From assembly GCA_963734495.1 (NCBI GenBank), contig CAVTHK010000007.1, positions 128,001 through 192,000 on the forward strand: DNA of 64,000 bases, in the 5' to 3' direction. Positions 26,928-37,685 of this stretch are shown piece by piece. The translations under genes and the position numbers were made by a program. Origin of the DNA: an uncultured Spirochaetota bacterium (GTDB lineage Bacteria; Spirochaetota; Spirochaetia; SZUA-6; CAVTHK01). Within the stretch, counting starts at the first letter, position 1, and each line of letters begins with the position of its first letter. The notes under the pieces are model-generated. The model ran no database searches. It worked only from the letters and a program-made list of their open reading frames with translations, and was not told where the DNA came from.

Positions 26928-28898
26928 CTACAGCTTCGCCAGCAGCGCCTCGGCTTCGGCCCTCTGGCCGTAGTCCGGCTTCTTCCTGAGAAGCGTCTCG
27001 AGCAGGTTCTTCGCCGTGGCCTTGTCGCCCTGCTTGACCAGCAGCTTGGAAAGCTGGAAGTAGGCATCCCAGTACGTCGCGTCGATCTTGATCAGCTCGG
27101 AGAACGCGCGGCTCGCGTCCGCGTCGCGGCCGGTTTCCAGGTACGACAGGCCCAGGTTGTACCTGGGGTCCCTCGCGTCGCCCTTGAGCGAGATGGCCTT
27201 GAGGAAGTAGCTGATGCTCTGCTCGTGAAGGCCTTTGTGCATGTACACGTTCCCCAGGTTGTTGTTCACCAGGTAGTTGTTGGGCGCGAGCTGATACGCC
27301 CTCGTGAGCAGCTGCAGCGAGTTGTCGTAGAGCCCCTTGCCGTCGTACAGCCCCCCGAGGTTGATGAGCGGCTCGGGATAGGTGGGATCGAGCGTGACCG
27401 CCTGCGAGTAGAGCCTGATCGCCTCGTCGGTCCTGCCCCTCCGCTCCTGGACCACGCCGGCCTGGAAATTGTAGAGGGCGGAGCCGGGCTCGAGCTCCAC
27501 GGCGCGCGAGGCGTACGCGAGCGCGTCCTCGTACTTGCCCTGCGCAACGAGGGCCTGTGACATGTTGAACTGCGTGATGCTGCTCTGCGCATCCTGGGCC
27601 AGAGCCGTGCGCAGGCGGGATTCCGCTTCGGCGGCCCTGCCGAGCGTCAACAGGGTAGTCCCCGCCTTCCTGTAGTAGCCCGGCTCCTGAGGATTGATGC
27701 GGCTCGCCTGGTCGTACGCGGCGACCGCGCCCGCGAGGTCGCCCTGCTGGCGGAGCACCTCGCCGATGTAGTACTGCACCACGTCGTCGTTGCGCTCGAG
27801 CGCGGCGGCCCGGCGCAGCGAGGCGAGCGCGCGGGAGGGCTGGTTGAGCACCATGAGCGTGCGACCGAGCCGGAAGTGAGCCGGGTAGAAATCATCCTTG
27901 GCGTGGATCGAGGCCTCGAACGACTGCTGCGCGTCGCCGTACCTCGACGCGTTGTACTGGGCGACGCCCAGATTGTACAGAAGAAGGTAATCGTTCGGCT
28001 TGAGCCGCGCCGCCTCCTTGAGCTCGGTGATCGCGGCATCCCAGTTCCGCTGGTCCAGGTAGATCTGCCCGAGCGTCTTGTGCGGCACCCAGAGCGCCGG
28101 ATCCTTTTCGATCGCCTTGTTGGCGTTGTAGACCGCCTGCTCGACATCCTGCGGGTTCTTCGGGTCCTCCAGGTACCAGGCTTCGCCGGTGTACGCATAG
28201 GCCTGCGCGGAATCGGGGTCGAGCGCGAGCACGTCCTTGTAGGTCCTGCGCGCGCCCGGGTAGTCCTTGGCCGCCATCTGCCGGGCCGCGCGGTCGAGCA
28301 GCTCGTTGATCTTGCGCACCCGCTCCGCCTCGGCGGCGTTTCTCTCCTTGGCCGGGTCCGCCTTGACGACCTCGACGACGGGGGGCGGCGCGGCCGGCCC
28401 TTGCGCCTTGCCCTCGCGGGGCTCGGTGCGCTGGATGCGGTCGACGATGCGGGCGAGGTCCTGCTCGCCGCGCTTCGCCTGCGCCTCGCGCTCCTGCCGG
28501 GCCTGCTCCTCCGCCCGGGATTCGGCAGCGCGCTTCTGCTCGAGGATGCGCGCCTGGGCCGCGATCGCATCCTTGTTGCCCGCATCCTTGAGCAGGACCT
28601 GGTCGATGATGTCGAGCGCGCGGCCGTACTCGCCCTGCCCCGCGTAGCGCTCGGCGAGCGCCAGCGCGTTGCGCGGCGTCGGTGCCGCCGCCCGTGGCGC
28701 GCGCCGCCGCCAGGAGCCGCGGCCCGTAGAAGACGCCCCCGGCGCCGAGGCCGAGCAGCAGCAGGACGACGACGGCGAGGAGGGCCCACCGCGAGGCCGA
28801 CCGCCTTCTCGGGCTCGGGCGGCGTCGCGCCGCGGCGCGGCGGCGCCTCCGCGGCGGACGGCCGCAGGCTTGCGCGGGTTCGAAGGCTTTCTGTTCAT
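26928..28898 (-). CDS. Membrane-anchored long TPR-repeat protein (compensating indels near 28790 and 28680)
   Basis: More than 12 TPR-like repeats; TM helix WALLAVVVLLLLGLGAGGVFYG lies in the adjacent frame at 28790-28700. Confidence 0.8.
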   Translation of the reverse strand: MNRKPSNPRKPAAVRRGGAAAPRRDAARAREGGRPRGGPSSPSSSCCCSASAPGASSTGRGSWRRRAPRAAAPTPRNALALAERYAGQGEYGRALDIIDQVLLKDAGNKDAIAAQARILEQKRAAESRAEEQARQEREAQAKRGEQDLARIVDRIQRTEPREGKAQGPAAPPPVVEVVKADPAKERNAAEAERVRKINELLDRAARQMAAKDYPGARRTYKDVLALDPDSAQAYAYTGEAWYLEDPKNPQDVEQAVYNANKAIEKDPALWVPHKTLGQIYLDQRNWDAAITELKEAARLKPNDYLLLYNLGVAQYNASRYGDAQQSFEASIHAKDDFYPAHFRLGRTLMVLNQPSRALASLRRAAALERNDDVVQYYIGEVLRQQGDLAGAVAAYDQASRINPQEPGYYRKAGTTLLTLGRAAEAESRLRTALAQDAQSSITQFNMSQALVAQGKYEDALAYASRAVELEPGSALYNFQAGVVQERRGRTDEAIRLYSQAVTLDPTYPEPLINLGGLYDGKGLYDNSLQLLTRAYQLAPNNYLVNNNLGNVYMHKGLHEQSISYFLKAISLKGDARDPRYNLGLSYLETGRDADASRAFSELIKIDATYWDAYFQLSKLLVKQGDKATAKNLLETLLRKKPDYGQRAEAEALLAKL

Positions 28899-29581
28899 TG
28901 CTTGATGTCGAAGTCCTTTTCCTTTTCCTCGAGGATCCTGTCCGACTTGGTGGAAAGGTTCCGGGCGTCGTCGGAGGCGTTCTTCAGAGCGTTGAGCACC
29001 TGGTCCATCAGCGCCCTCTCGCGCTCCTTGCGGTCGCGCTCCTCCGCGTCCTTCTGCTGCAGGAACGCGGTAAGCCGCCGGATCATCTCCTCGACGTCCG
29101 GCCGGTGCCGCGACTGCGGGGCCACCTGCAGGTACATCGTGTAGTCGGCGAGGGCTCCCTGGTAGTTCTTGAGGTTGACGCGGGAGTTGGCGCGATTGAG
29201 CCACGGTTGCGGAAGCGTGTCCTTGAGGGCGATCGCTTGCCCGTACATCTTCTCCGCCTGCTGCGAGGTTCGCCCCGGCGGAAGTAGTTGTCGCCTATGT
29301 TGAGGTAGAAGACCGGCTTGAGGTCGCCCGGCGAGCGGCAGCCCTCGCTGGAGAATGCCGATCGCCTTGTCCGCGTCGCCGAGCTGCTCGTAGACGATGC
29401 CGAGGTAGACGTAGATCTTCGCGTTCGTCGGCTCGGCGGCAAGCGCCTCCTCGAGCAGGGCGCGCGCCTGCACCGGCTTGTTCGCCGCGTAGAGCTTTTC
29501 GCCTTCCTCGAACGAGGTACCGGCTCTCGCGAGCGCCGCCGCGACCGCTGCCAGCCACAGGACGGCGAGTCTCGTCTTCAT
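28895..29581 (-). CDS. Secreted TPR protein (compensating indels near 29335 and 29270)
   Basis: Signal peptide MKTRLAVLW; TPR motifs; the middle segment reads DLKPVFYLNIGDNYFRRG in an alternate frame. Confidence 0.75.
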   Translation of the reverse strand: MKTRLAVLWLAAVAAALARAGTSFEEGEKLYAANKPVQARALLEEALAAEPTNAKIYVYLGIVYEQLGDADKAIGILQRGLPLAGRPQAGLLPQHRRQLLPPGRTSQQAEKMYGQAIALKDTLPQPWLNRANSRVNLKNYQGALADYTMYLQVAPQSRHRPDVEEMIRRLTAFLQQKDAEERDRKERERALMDQVLNALKNASDDARNLSTKSDRILEEKEKDFDIKQ

Positions 29582-29667
29582 CGCCCCTCCCCCACCCAAG
29601 TATAGCGCGCCCGGCCGCGGGCCGCAGTCGGGGCCGCGACCGGGGCCGCGACCGCACGGGTTTCGGT

Positions 29668-29696
29668 TTGACTAAACCGCTCGAACCGATTACTGT
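29668..29696 (+). promoter_or_regulatory. sigma70-type promoter for the phosphoesterase operon
   Basis: TTGACT-17 nt-TACTGT. Confidence 0.55.
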
Positions 29697-29809
29697 AGCC
29701 GACGCGCGCTGACCGTGGTCCTGGTCCCCATTCTAATGCTCGGTAGCGGGCCCTCTGTCTTGATCATAATGCCGGTCCAGGCGCTTGGGGCGGAGCGAGG
29801 CGGGGCTGC

Positions 29810-30487
29810 GTGAAGATCCTCGGCGTGGCCGACCACATCGACCCTATCGTCTACTCCAGCGCCATCCGCGAGCGCTTCGGCGACGTGGACCTGGTCATCG
29901 GCGCCGGCGACCTTCCCATGGACTATCTGGACTTCATCTGCACGACCCTGGGCAAGCCCCTGGTCTTCGTGTTCGGCAACCACAACCTCACCGGTTTCCA
30001 CGACTTCAACCCGTCGGCCGACTCCTACGAGAAGAGCAGCAGAGCTGGACGCTCGGGAAGCTGCACGGCCCCGGCGGTCTGTATATTGACCGCAAGGTGA
30101 TCCGGATCAAGGGGCTTCTGATCGCCGGGACTCGGCGGGAGCCCCTGGTACAACGGGGGCGACAACCAGTTCAGCGAGCGGAGCATGTTCTTGCGGGCGC
30201 TCGGCCTCGCTCCGCGGCTCGTCTGGAACAAGCTCAGGCACGGCCGGTACCTCGACGTGCTCGTCACTCACGCCGCGCCGTTCGGCGTGCAGGACGGCAC
30301 CGATCGCGCGCATCTCGGCTTCAGGACCTTTCTCTGGATCATGAAGAAGTTCAAGCCCCGCTACCTCATCCACGGTCACGTGCACCTCTGGGACCGAAAC
30401 CAGCCGCGCGTCTCGCGATTCCACGAAACCACGGTGGTCAACGCGTACGATCACGTTGTCGTGCCATCCCGGAGAGGAGCCCGATGT
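29810..30487 (+). CDS. Calcineurin-like metallophosphoesterase (at least two indels; end approximate)
   Basis: Across three frames: KILGVADH, GAGDL, VFGNHN, IAGLGGSPWYN, VLVTHAAP, LIHGHVH. Confidence 0.8.
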
Positions 30488-31402
30488 CCGATCTTGATTT
30501 CCGCCGCATGGCGGACGCCGACTTTCAGAAGGCACGATCCCGCCAGTTGTTCTCGAGGCTGCTATCGATCCTCCAGGGCCAGAGGGACGACATGCTGTCG
30601 TTCCACGACGTGCGCACGATCCTCAGGCCCCGGTCCGAGACCTACCTCGGGATGCGGACGGTGCCGGTGGCGAGGATCGTGGGCAGCGAGGGCCGCTACC
30701 GCGACTTCAACCGCTCGTTCCTGCCGCGGCGCCAGCACCTGAAGCCGCGATGGACGAACGTCGACCTCGCTCACTACCGCGAGGTCAACCTTCCGCCGAT
30801 CACGCTCTACGAGATCGGCGGCATCTACTTCGTGCGCGACGGCAATCACCGGGTGTCGGTGGCGCGCACCCGCGGCGTCGAGTTCATCGACGCCGAGGTC
30901 GTGTCGCTGAACGCGGAGATCAAGCTCGAGCCGGGGGTGACCGACGAGGACCTGCGGCGCAAGGTCCTCGAGTTCGAGCGCAAGCGCTTCTTCGAGAGCA
31001 CGCGGCTCGACGAGCTGCGGCCGGGATGCGACCTGGAGTTCACGGCCGACCGGCCGCTACGACGAGATCATCATGCACATCAACGGGCACAAGTACTTCA
31101 TCAACCAGGACAAGGAGTACGAGATCCCGTTCGAGCAGGGGATGCTCTCGTGGTACGACACGGTGTACCTGCCCATCGTGGCGATCATCAAGGAGCACAA
31201 CGTCCTCTCGAGGTTCCCCGGCCGCACCGCGGCTGACCTCTACGTCTGGACGGTGCGTCACTGGGACGAGCTCAAGCGCAGGTACGGACCGCGCTACCAG
31301 ATGAAGGACGCCATCCTCGATTTCTCGCAGCGCTACGGCCAGGGGTTCTGGGAGCGGATCCGCAAGACCGCGGCCGCGCTCTTCGGGCGGCGCCCGCGGT
31401 AG
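30484..31402 (+). CDS. ParB/Srx-like domain protein with DUF4032-like C-terminus (indel near 31050)
   Basis: IVGSEGRYRDFNRSFLP, LPPITLYEIGGIYFVRDGNHRVSVAR; C-terminal SWYDTVYLP...FPGRTAADLYVW. Confidence 0.75.
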
Positions 31403-31403
31403 G

Positions 31404-32050
31404 CTACCGCGGCGGGTTCTCTCGGCGGTAGGGGCCCGAGAGCAGACCGACGCGGCGCGCGGGGTCCGCGACGTAGACGTAGTAGGTGCCCACCCTGTCC
31501 CAGACCACGCCCGCCGGCGGCGCGGCCGCCACCAGCTCTCCACCCGCGGAGAAGGCCCAGATCCAGGCGTTCGGCGGGTCGACAGCCACGCGTCCGCCCT
31601 GGTCCCGAGCGCGCGGAAAGCGCAGATCGCTGACGGACGCGGCGTCGAGACGCACCTGCCGCTCGACGGTCTGGCCCGAAGCATCCTGAAGGACGACCCG
31701 GTACGAACCGGTCGGCACCTGCCAGCCGACGGCAGCGCCAGCGAATAGGTCCCGATCCACCCGCCGCCCGCGTTCTGCCACGATCCGCTCGGGATCTCCC
31801 AGAAGAGGTCCTTCGCGTCGTTGATCAGGTAGACGTCTGACAGGTCATCGTTGCCGTCGGGATCCGACGCCTGCAGGTACAGCCGCAGCCGCGCCTCGAT
31901 CGAGCCGCTCGCGGGATCACGAACGTAGATGGGCTTGAGATCGACCTGACCGATTTCGGGTGGCTTGCCGGTGCATCCCGCGAGCCCGGCCGCCGCCAGC
32001 GCAAGCGCGGCCAGCGCCGCCGGCGCCAGTGCGAGCCCGGCGGCTCTCAT
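31404..32050 (-). CDS. Putative lipoprotein (indel near 31740)
   Basis: Lipobox LAG-C; continues in ORF 31404..31781 (PTGSYRVVLQDASG). Confidence 0.65.
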
Positions 32051-33144
32051 CGTCCAAGCACCTTTCTGAGGGCGCGCAGGAACCGCTCGTTGTCCTGCGG
32101 CCGTCCCACTGTCACGCGGACGTGCCCGGGCAGCCCGAAGCCGGCGCCTGGCCGCACGATGACGCCCTCGTCTATGAGCCGGTCCACGACGGCCCTGTCG
32201 TCGCCCCCCACCCGGACCACGACGAAGTTCGTGTGGCTCGGCACGTACGCGAGCCCCATGGCGTCGAGCTCTCCGTAGAGCTTCCGCTTGCCCGCGGCGA
32301 CCATGGCCAGAGTTTCCCGGTAGAACTCCTGGTCCTCCAGCGCCGCCGCTCCCGCCTTCTCGGCGGCCACCGAAACGTCGAACGGCGGGCGAACCTTGTA
32401 CAGGGTCGCGACCAGCTCGGGCCGCCCGATCCCGTAGCCCAGCCGCAGCCCGGCGAGGCCGTAGGCCTTGGAGAAGCTGCGGATGCAGAAGAGGTTCTCG
32501 GCGCCGGAAGCGATCCGCTCGACCGCTCTTGGGGCCAGCGAGAGATCGGCAAAGTCGCGGTAGACCTCGTCGTAGGCCACGAACACGCGGGGCGGCAGCC
32601 GGTCGTGGAGCGCCCGGAACGCGGCGTCATCGAACATCGTGCCCGTCGGGTTGTTCGGGTTGCAGAGCCAGATGATTCGCGTGCGGTCGGTGACGGCCCG
32701 CTCCATGTCGTCCAGATCGATGGAGTAGCCGTCCATGCGCGTGATCACCACACGGGCGCCCATGATGCGCGATATGATCTCATAGCATGAGAAGGTGACC
32801 CGCGGGATGATCACCTCGTCGCCCTGCGCGAGCAAGGCCATCCCGAGCGCGTAGATCACGCTGTCGGAGCCGTTGCCCGTGATGATCTGCTCGAACGGCA
32901 CCCCGGCGTGACGCGCGAGCGCGACCCGCAGGTCCGGGGTGCTCACCTCCGGGTACTGGTAGGCGGACCGGGCGTGGGCGAGGAGCGCGTCCAGCGCCCG
33001 GGGAGACATGCCGAGGGCGTTCTCGTTGGACGCCATCTTCACGACGTCCACGAGCCCGCGCTCGCGCGCGACCTCGGCGACCGACTTGCCCGCGACGTAG
33101 GGCTTGATCGCATCGACCCCCGGATTCAGCCGCTGTCCCGCCAT
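32047..33144 (-). CDS. hisC: Histidinol-phosphate aminotransferase
   Basis: VKMASNEN, GNGSD, CNPNNPTG, DEVY, RSFSKAYGLAGLRLGY. Confidence 0.93.
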   Translation of the reverse strand: MAGQRLNPGVDAIKPYVAGKSVAEVARERGLVDVVKMASNENALGMSPRALDALLAHARSAYQYPEVSTPDLRVALARHAGVPFEQIITGNGSDSVIYALGMALLAQGDEVIIPRVTFSCYEIISRIMGARVVITRMDGYSIDLDDMERAVTDRTRIIWLCNPNNPTGTMFDDAAFRALHDRLPPRVFVAYDEVYRDFADLSLAPRAVERIASGAENLFCIRSFSKAYGLAGLRLGYGIGRPELVATLYKVRPPFDVSVAAEKAGAAALEDQEFYRETLAMVAAGKRKLYGELDAMGLAYVPSHTNFVVVRVGGDDRAVVDRLIDEGVIVRPGAGFGLPGHVRVTVGRPQDNERFLRALRKVLGR

Positions 33145-33146
33145 GA

Positions 33147-35861
33147 TCAGACTTCCTGCTGCTCCCCGCGCCGCCTGCCGGCCGCCGCCGGCGCCTTGCG
33201 GCCCCTGCCGCCCTTGCGGCCCGTGCCGCGCGCCGGGCGCCGTGCCGCCGCGCGTTCCCCGTCCTCGCTCACCTTCCACGCGCCGTCGCTGAAGTGCGCC
33301 GCCCACCCCGACGGCTTGCCGTCCTTGACCCCGACCAGGTAGTGCTCGCGCTGCTTGCGGCTGAAATGCACGGCCACGGGATTGCCGTGAGAGTCCTGGC
33401 GGGGGGCATCCGCGAGGTAGCGGTACTTCTCGGCCAGCTCGTCCCTGTGGCGCGCGAGGTCCTCGACGAGCGGGCTGCGCGTCTCACGCGATCTCGGGAA
33501 CTCGCTCGAGGCCAGAAAGAGCCCGGCGGCTCCGTCGCGGAGCACGAAGTGGCCCTCCGATTTCTCGCACTTGAGCTCGGGCATCGGCACGGGGTCCGCC
33601 CGCGGCGGGGCCGGCTCGCCGTTGCGCAGCAGCTTGCGGGTGTTCCGGCACGCGGGGTAGTTGGTGCACGCAAAGAACTTGCCGAAGCGGCCCGTCTTGA
33701 GCTCCATGTTGCTTCCGCACTTCTCGCATTGGATGACGGGGCCGTCATAGCCCTTGATGCGGAAGCGGCCTTTCTCGATCTCGAAGCCGTCGCAGTCGGG
33801 GTTGTTTCCGCAGATGTGCAGCTTGGTGGTCTCGTCGATGAGGTAGCTGTCCATCGCGGTCCCGCATTTGGGGCACCGGTGCCTGTGGAGAAGCGCCCGG
33901 GCCTCCTCTTCGGCCTCGTCGTCTCCGACGTGCTCGACCTCGTCGCCGCGGATCAGGTTGACGGTGTTCTTGCACCGCTCCTTTGGCGGCAGGTCGTAGC
34001 CCGAGCAGCTCAGGAACACGCCGGTGCGCGCCGTGCGGATCATCATCGGCCGCCCGCATACGCTGCACGGGATATCGGTCCTGGTCGGCTCCGAATGCGC
34101 CATATCGGACGAAGCGCGGCTCAGGTCCTTCTTGAACCTGCGGTAGAAACCATCGAGCGCCTCTTTCCAGTCGAGCTTGCCTTCGGCGATGCCGTCGAGC
34201 TCCTGCTCGAGGCTTGCGGTGAAACCGTAGTCGAGGATCTCGTCGAAAAAGCCGAGCAGCCGTTCCGTGACGACGTCGCCCATCTTCTCCGCGTAGAAGC
34301 GGCGGTTGTCGAGGCGGACGTAGCCCCGCTCCTGGATCGTCGAGATGATGGAGGCGTAGGTCGAAGGCCTGCCGATCCCCCGCTTCTCCAGCTCCTTGAC
34401 CAGGCTGGCTTCTGAGTAGCGGGGAGGCGGCTTGGTAAAGTGCTGCGAGAGGTCGAGCGAGAGCAGCTTGAGCTTCTGTCCCGCGTCCAGCGCGGGCAGC
34501 ACGACGTCGTCGGTCTCCTTGCCGCCCAGCGGCAGAACGCGCGTCCAGCCGTCGAACAGCATGACCCGGCCGTTGGCGCGCAGCTCGTAGTCGCCCGCGG
34601 TGATCAGCACCACGGTCGCGTGGTATTCGGCCGCCTTCATCTGACAGGCCACGAAGCGCCGCCAGATCAGCTCGTAGAGCCGGACGGCGTCGCGATCGAA
34701 GCCTTCGACGCCGGCGGGGAGGACCTTGACGTCCGAGGGCCTGATCGCCTCGTGCGCCTCCTGCGCTGATTCGCCCGAGCGGTACACCTGCGGCTGGTCG
34801 GGGAGGTAGCGCGCGCCGTGGGCGCTCTCGATGTAGGCGCGCACCGCCGCCACGGCCTCGGCCGACAGGTTGGTCGAGTCGGTGCGCATGTACGTGATGA
34901 GCCCCGCCTCGTAGAGCCGCTGGGCCAGCGTCATGGTCTTCTTGACGCTGAAACCGAGCCCGATGCTGGCCGCCTGCTGCAGCGTCGACGTGATGAGCGG
35001 AGCCGGCGGGTTCTTGCGAGTCGGCTTGTCCTCGCGCTTCGCGACGACGTATTCGGCCGCCTCCAGCCCCTGCCTGGCCGCGGCGGCCTCATCGGCATTG
35101 CGCGGCTTGAACGCCTTGCCGAAAGCGCGGGTGACTTTGGCGGGGAAGCGCTCCTTGCCGGATGACAGCTGCGCCGCCGCCTCCCAGTACTCCTCGGGGA
35201 CGAAGGCGTGAATCTCTTTCTCGCGCTCCGTGATCAGGCGCACGGCGACCGACTGGACGCGCCCGGCGGACAGACCGCGCGCCACCTTCTGCCACAGCAG
35301 CGGCGACAGCATGTAACCGACGACGCGGTCGAGGAAGCGGCGCGCCTGCTGCGCGCGCACCCGGTTGATGTCGATCGAAGAGGGCGCGGCGAACGCCTCA
35401 GTGATCGCCTTCTTCGTGATCTCGGAAAAGATCACGCGGCGGTACCGGTCTTCGGCCCCGCCGATGGCTTCGCGCAGGTGCCACGCGATCGCCTCCCCTT
35501 CGCGATCGAGATCGGTCGCGAGGTAGACGAGATCGCTCTTCGCCGCGAGGCTCTTGAGCTCCTCGAGCACCTTCTCCTTGCCGGGCACGATCTCGTAACT
35601 CGCCTGCCACCCGCCCTCCGGGTCGATTCCCATGCGCCGCACGAGCGCGTCGCGGGCGCGGGCCGACCTGAGGGCGCGGCGCTTGGCCGCGGGAAGGCTC
35701 TTGTCGATCGGCTTTGAGGGCGCAGCTCTCCTGCCCGTTCCGCTCGCCGGCAGATCGCGGATGTGTCCCACGCTCGATTTAACGAGGTAGTCCTTGCCGA
35801 GGTATTTGTTGATCGTCCTGGCCTTTGCAGGTGATTCGACGATCACCAGCGATCGAGGCAT
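33147..35861 (-). CDS. topA: Type IA DNA topoisomerase I with C-terminal Zn ribbons
   Basis: [40 protein letters not shown] (catalytic Tyr), GIGRPSTYA; Cys4 ribbons. Confidence 0.97.
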   Translation of the reverse strand: MPRSLVIVESPAKARTINKYLGKDYLVKSSVGHIRDLPASGTGRRAAPSKPIDKSLPAAKRRALRSARARDALVRRMGIDPEGGWQASYEIVPGKEKVLEELKSLAAKSDLVYLATDLDREGEAIAWHLREAIGGAEDRYRRVIFSEITKKAITEAFAAPSSIDINRVRAQQARRFLDRVVGYMLSPLLWQKVARGLSAGRVQSVAVRLITEREKEIHAFVPEEYWEAAAQLSSGKERFPAKVTRAFGKAFKPRNADEAAAARQGLEAAEYVVAKREDKPTRKNPPAPLITSTLQQAASIGLGFSVKKTMTLAQRLYEAGLITYMRTDSTNLSAEAVAAVRAYIESAHGARYLPDQPQVYRSGESAQEAHEAIRPSDVKVLPAGVEGFDRDAVRLYELIWRRFVACQMKAAEYHATVVLITAGDYELRANGRVMLFDGWTRVLPLGGKETDDVVLPALDAGQKLKLLSLDLSQHFTKPPPRYSEASLVKELEKRGIGRPSTYASIISTIQERGYVRLDNRRFYAEKMGDVVTERLLGFFDEILDYGFTASLEQELDGIAEGKLDWKEALDGFYRRFKKDLSRASSDMAHSEPTRTDIPCSVCGRPMMIRTARTGVFLSCSGYDLPPKERCKNTVNLIRGDEVEHVGDDEAEEEARALLHRHRCPKCGTAMDSYLIDETTKLHICGNNPDCDGFEIEKGRFRIKGYDGPVIQCEKCGSNMELKTGRFGKFFACTNYPACRNTRKLLRNGEPAPPRADPVPMPELKCEKSEGHFVLRDGAAGLFLASSEFPRSRETRSPLVEDLARHRDELAEKYRYLADAPRQDSHGNPVAVHFSRKQREHYLVGVKDGKPSGWAAHFSDGAWKVSEDGERAAARRPARGTGRKGGRGRKAPAAAGRRRGEQQEV

Positions 35862-35894
35862 TGATGTCCCCCCACCCAGCTTGGTTGGCCACAG

Positions 35895-35924
35895 AAGATA
35901 AGGCCCCCGTTCGAGAAGAGTCAA
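35895..35924 (-). promoter_or_regulatory. Putative sigma70 promoter for topA
   Basis: Minus strand TTGACT-18 nt-TATCTT. Confidence 0.45.
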
Positions 35925-36025
35925 GGGACACGATGTGCCCCGTAGGCCCGAGCCTGCTCCGCAGGCTCGGGGTGGCCCGGCCGCGCCGGCGCGCTCTGGC
36001 CCGGCGCCGTGTGCGGCAGAATGCG

Positions 36026-36820
36026 TTATGCGGTCGCCATGGACCAGAGCTCGCGGATGCGGTCCAGCGACTCGGCCGAGTCGGAGAGCGGCGAGTACTC
36101 GAAGCCCACCGTCCCCGCGTATCCGCGGTCGCGTATCCTGCGCAGCAGCGCGAGCCAGTCGAGCTTTCCCGTGCCGGGCTCGTGGCGCCCCGGCACGTCG
36201 GCGACGTGAAAGTGGCCGATGCTGGCGATGTCGCGGTCGATGATCGAGGCCAGGTCTTCGCCCATCACCCCGAGGTGGTACAGATCGCAGAGCACCTTGA
36301 GCCGGGGATGGCCCACCTCCCGCACCAGCGAGACCGCAGTCGCCATATCCTGAAGGAAATATCCCGGGTGATCGATCCGCGTGTTCAGCGGCTCGAGAAC
36401 GAGCGACAAGTCTTCGGGAACGGCCTCGACCGCCCGCCGCAGCCCGTCCCGCAGGTTGGCGTACTTGCGCTCGGCCGGCAGCGTATCGAACGTGGCGGTC
36501 ACGCGCCCGCCCTCGCCGAGCTCGTTGGAAAGCAGCATCAGGGTCGAGCAGCCGAGAGTCCGCGCCGCCGCGACCGCATCGCGGAGATCGTCGAAGAACG
36601 CCTTGTGCGTTTCCGCCGCGATCAGGCTTCCCCTGCGGTGCCCGCTGAAGTTGGCCACCCGCACGCGGTGGTCCGCGCACGCCGCTGCCAGGGCCGGCAG
36701 GTCCTTGTCGCGCCACCCCCAGAATTCGACCGACGAGAACCCTGCGGCCGCGACGCGGCGGATTTTTTGAGTTGGGCTCAATTCCTGAAAGATCATCTCG
36801 AAACAGATCACCGCTTCCAA
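36026..36820 (-). CDS. Hydroxypyruvate isomerase (Hyi/OtnI) family TIM-barrel protein
   Basis: [47 protein letters not shown]. Confidence 0.88.
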   Translation of the reverse strand: MEAVICFEMIFQELSPTQKIRRVAAAGFSSVEFWGWRDKDLPALAAACADHRVRVANFSGHRRGSLIAAETHKAFFDDLRDAVAAARTLGCSTLMLLSNELGEGGRVTATFDTLPAERKYANLRDGLRRAVEAVPEDLSLVLEPLNTRIDHPGYFLQDMATAVSLVREVGHPRLKVLCDLYHLGVMGEDLASIIDRDIASIGHFHVADVPGRHEPGTGKLDWLALLRRIRDRGYAGTVGFEYSPLSDSAESLDRIRELWSMATA

Positions 36821-36874
36821 GCTTCCCTCCCGAAGAGACGGCAGGCTGCCTTCATTATTATCTCATAAAATGCC

Positions 36875-36902
36875 TTGATCTTCCATAATCCGCCTTTATA
36901 AT
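36875..36902 (+). promoter_or_regulatory. Putative promoter in the AT-rich divergent hyi/deoR spacer
   Basis: TTGATC-16 nt-TATAAT within an AT-rich island. Confidence 0.5.
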
Positions 36903-36918
36903 ATGATGCGAGGCCAAG

Positions 36919-37677
36919 GTGCTGCAACTCGAGAGGCAGCTCAAGATCATGAACCTCATAGGCCAGCGTCAGGCCGTGACCATCGTCGACCTCGCGCGGG
37001 AGTTCGACGTCTCGCAGAACACGGTCCGGCGGGACCTTCAGGCACTGGCGGACAAGGGGTTCCTCAGCCTCACGCACGGCGGAGCGGTGCTGAACCGCCA
37101 GGCCCCGATGGGCGTTCCGCTCGCGCAGCGCGAGGTCAACCACATCCAGGAGAAACGCGCGATCGGGCTCAGGGCCGCGGAGATGGTGGGCGAAGGCGAG
37201 GCCGTCATCCTCGACGCGGGCACCACGACGGAGCAGATCGCCATCGCGCTCAAGGATCGGGCCGCGCTCACCATCATCACCAACGCCATCAACATCGCGG
37301 CGCACCTGCGCACCGCCGCTGGTGTCACCGTGGTGCTCACCGGAGGCGTCCTCAACGACGTCACCGGCTGCGTGGCCGGCTTTCACGCCGAGCAGTTCCT
37401 GGGCCAGTTCCATGCAGCCAAAGCCTTCATCTCGGCCGGCGGCGTGACGGTGGACACCGTCACGAACACGAATGCCTTCGAGGTGCAGATCAAGCGGCGC
37501 ATGATGGCCGCGGCCGAGCAGTCATTCCTCGTGGTCAGCCACCACAAGCTCGGCCGGACCTCGCTCGTCCCCTTCGCGCGGCCCGGTGACTTCAAGGCCA
37601 TCCTCACCGACGCCCAGGCCGATCCCGAGATCGTCGCGCGCCTGCGGGAGCTCGGCACGGAGGTCGTCCTTTGTTGA
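36919..37677 (+). CDS. DeoR/GlpR family transcriptional regulator
   Basis: FDVSQNTVRRDL HTH; LDAGTT, IITNA, LTGG. Confidence 0.93.
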   Translation: MLQLERQLKIMNLIGQRQAVTIVDLAREFDVSQNTVRRDLQALADKGFLSLTHGGAVLNRQAPMGVPLAQREVNHIQEKRAIGLRAAEMVGEGEAVILDAGTTTEQIAIALKDRAALTIITNAINIAAHLRTAAGVTVVLTGGVLNDVTGCVAGFHAEQFLGQFHAAKAFISAGGVTVDTVTNTNAFEVQIKRRMMAAAEQSFLVVSHHKLGRTSLVPFARPGDFKAILTDAQADPEIVARLRELGTEVVLC

Positions 37678-37685
37678 AGGATGCC

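Noticed and set aside
29618-29655. Short GGGGCCGCGACC tandem repeat
   Set aside because: Only about 3 degenerate 12-bp GC-rich copies; no evidence of function.
29755-29780. TPP riboswitch (TGATC..ATAATGCC)
   Set aside because: Lacks the CTGAGA and GCGTAGG core elements, and the downstream genes are not thiamine related.
28680-31750. Programmed frameshifting or a pseudogene island
   Set aside because: No slippery heptamers, paired compensating indels and no nonsense mutations; sequencing error is the simpler explanation.
35925-35975. Another copy of the GGA-hairpin repeat upstream of topA
   Set aside because: The loop reads ACGATG rather than ANGGAN, and no GAGTAC unit is present; the adjacent CCGAGCCTGC hairpin is more likely an ordinary terminator.
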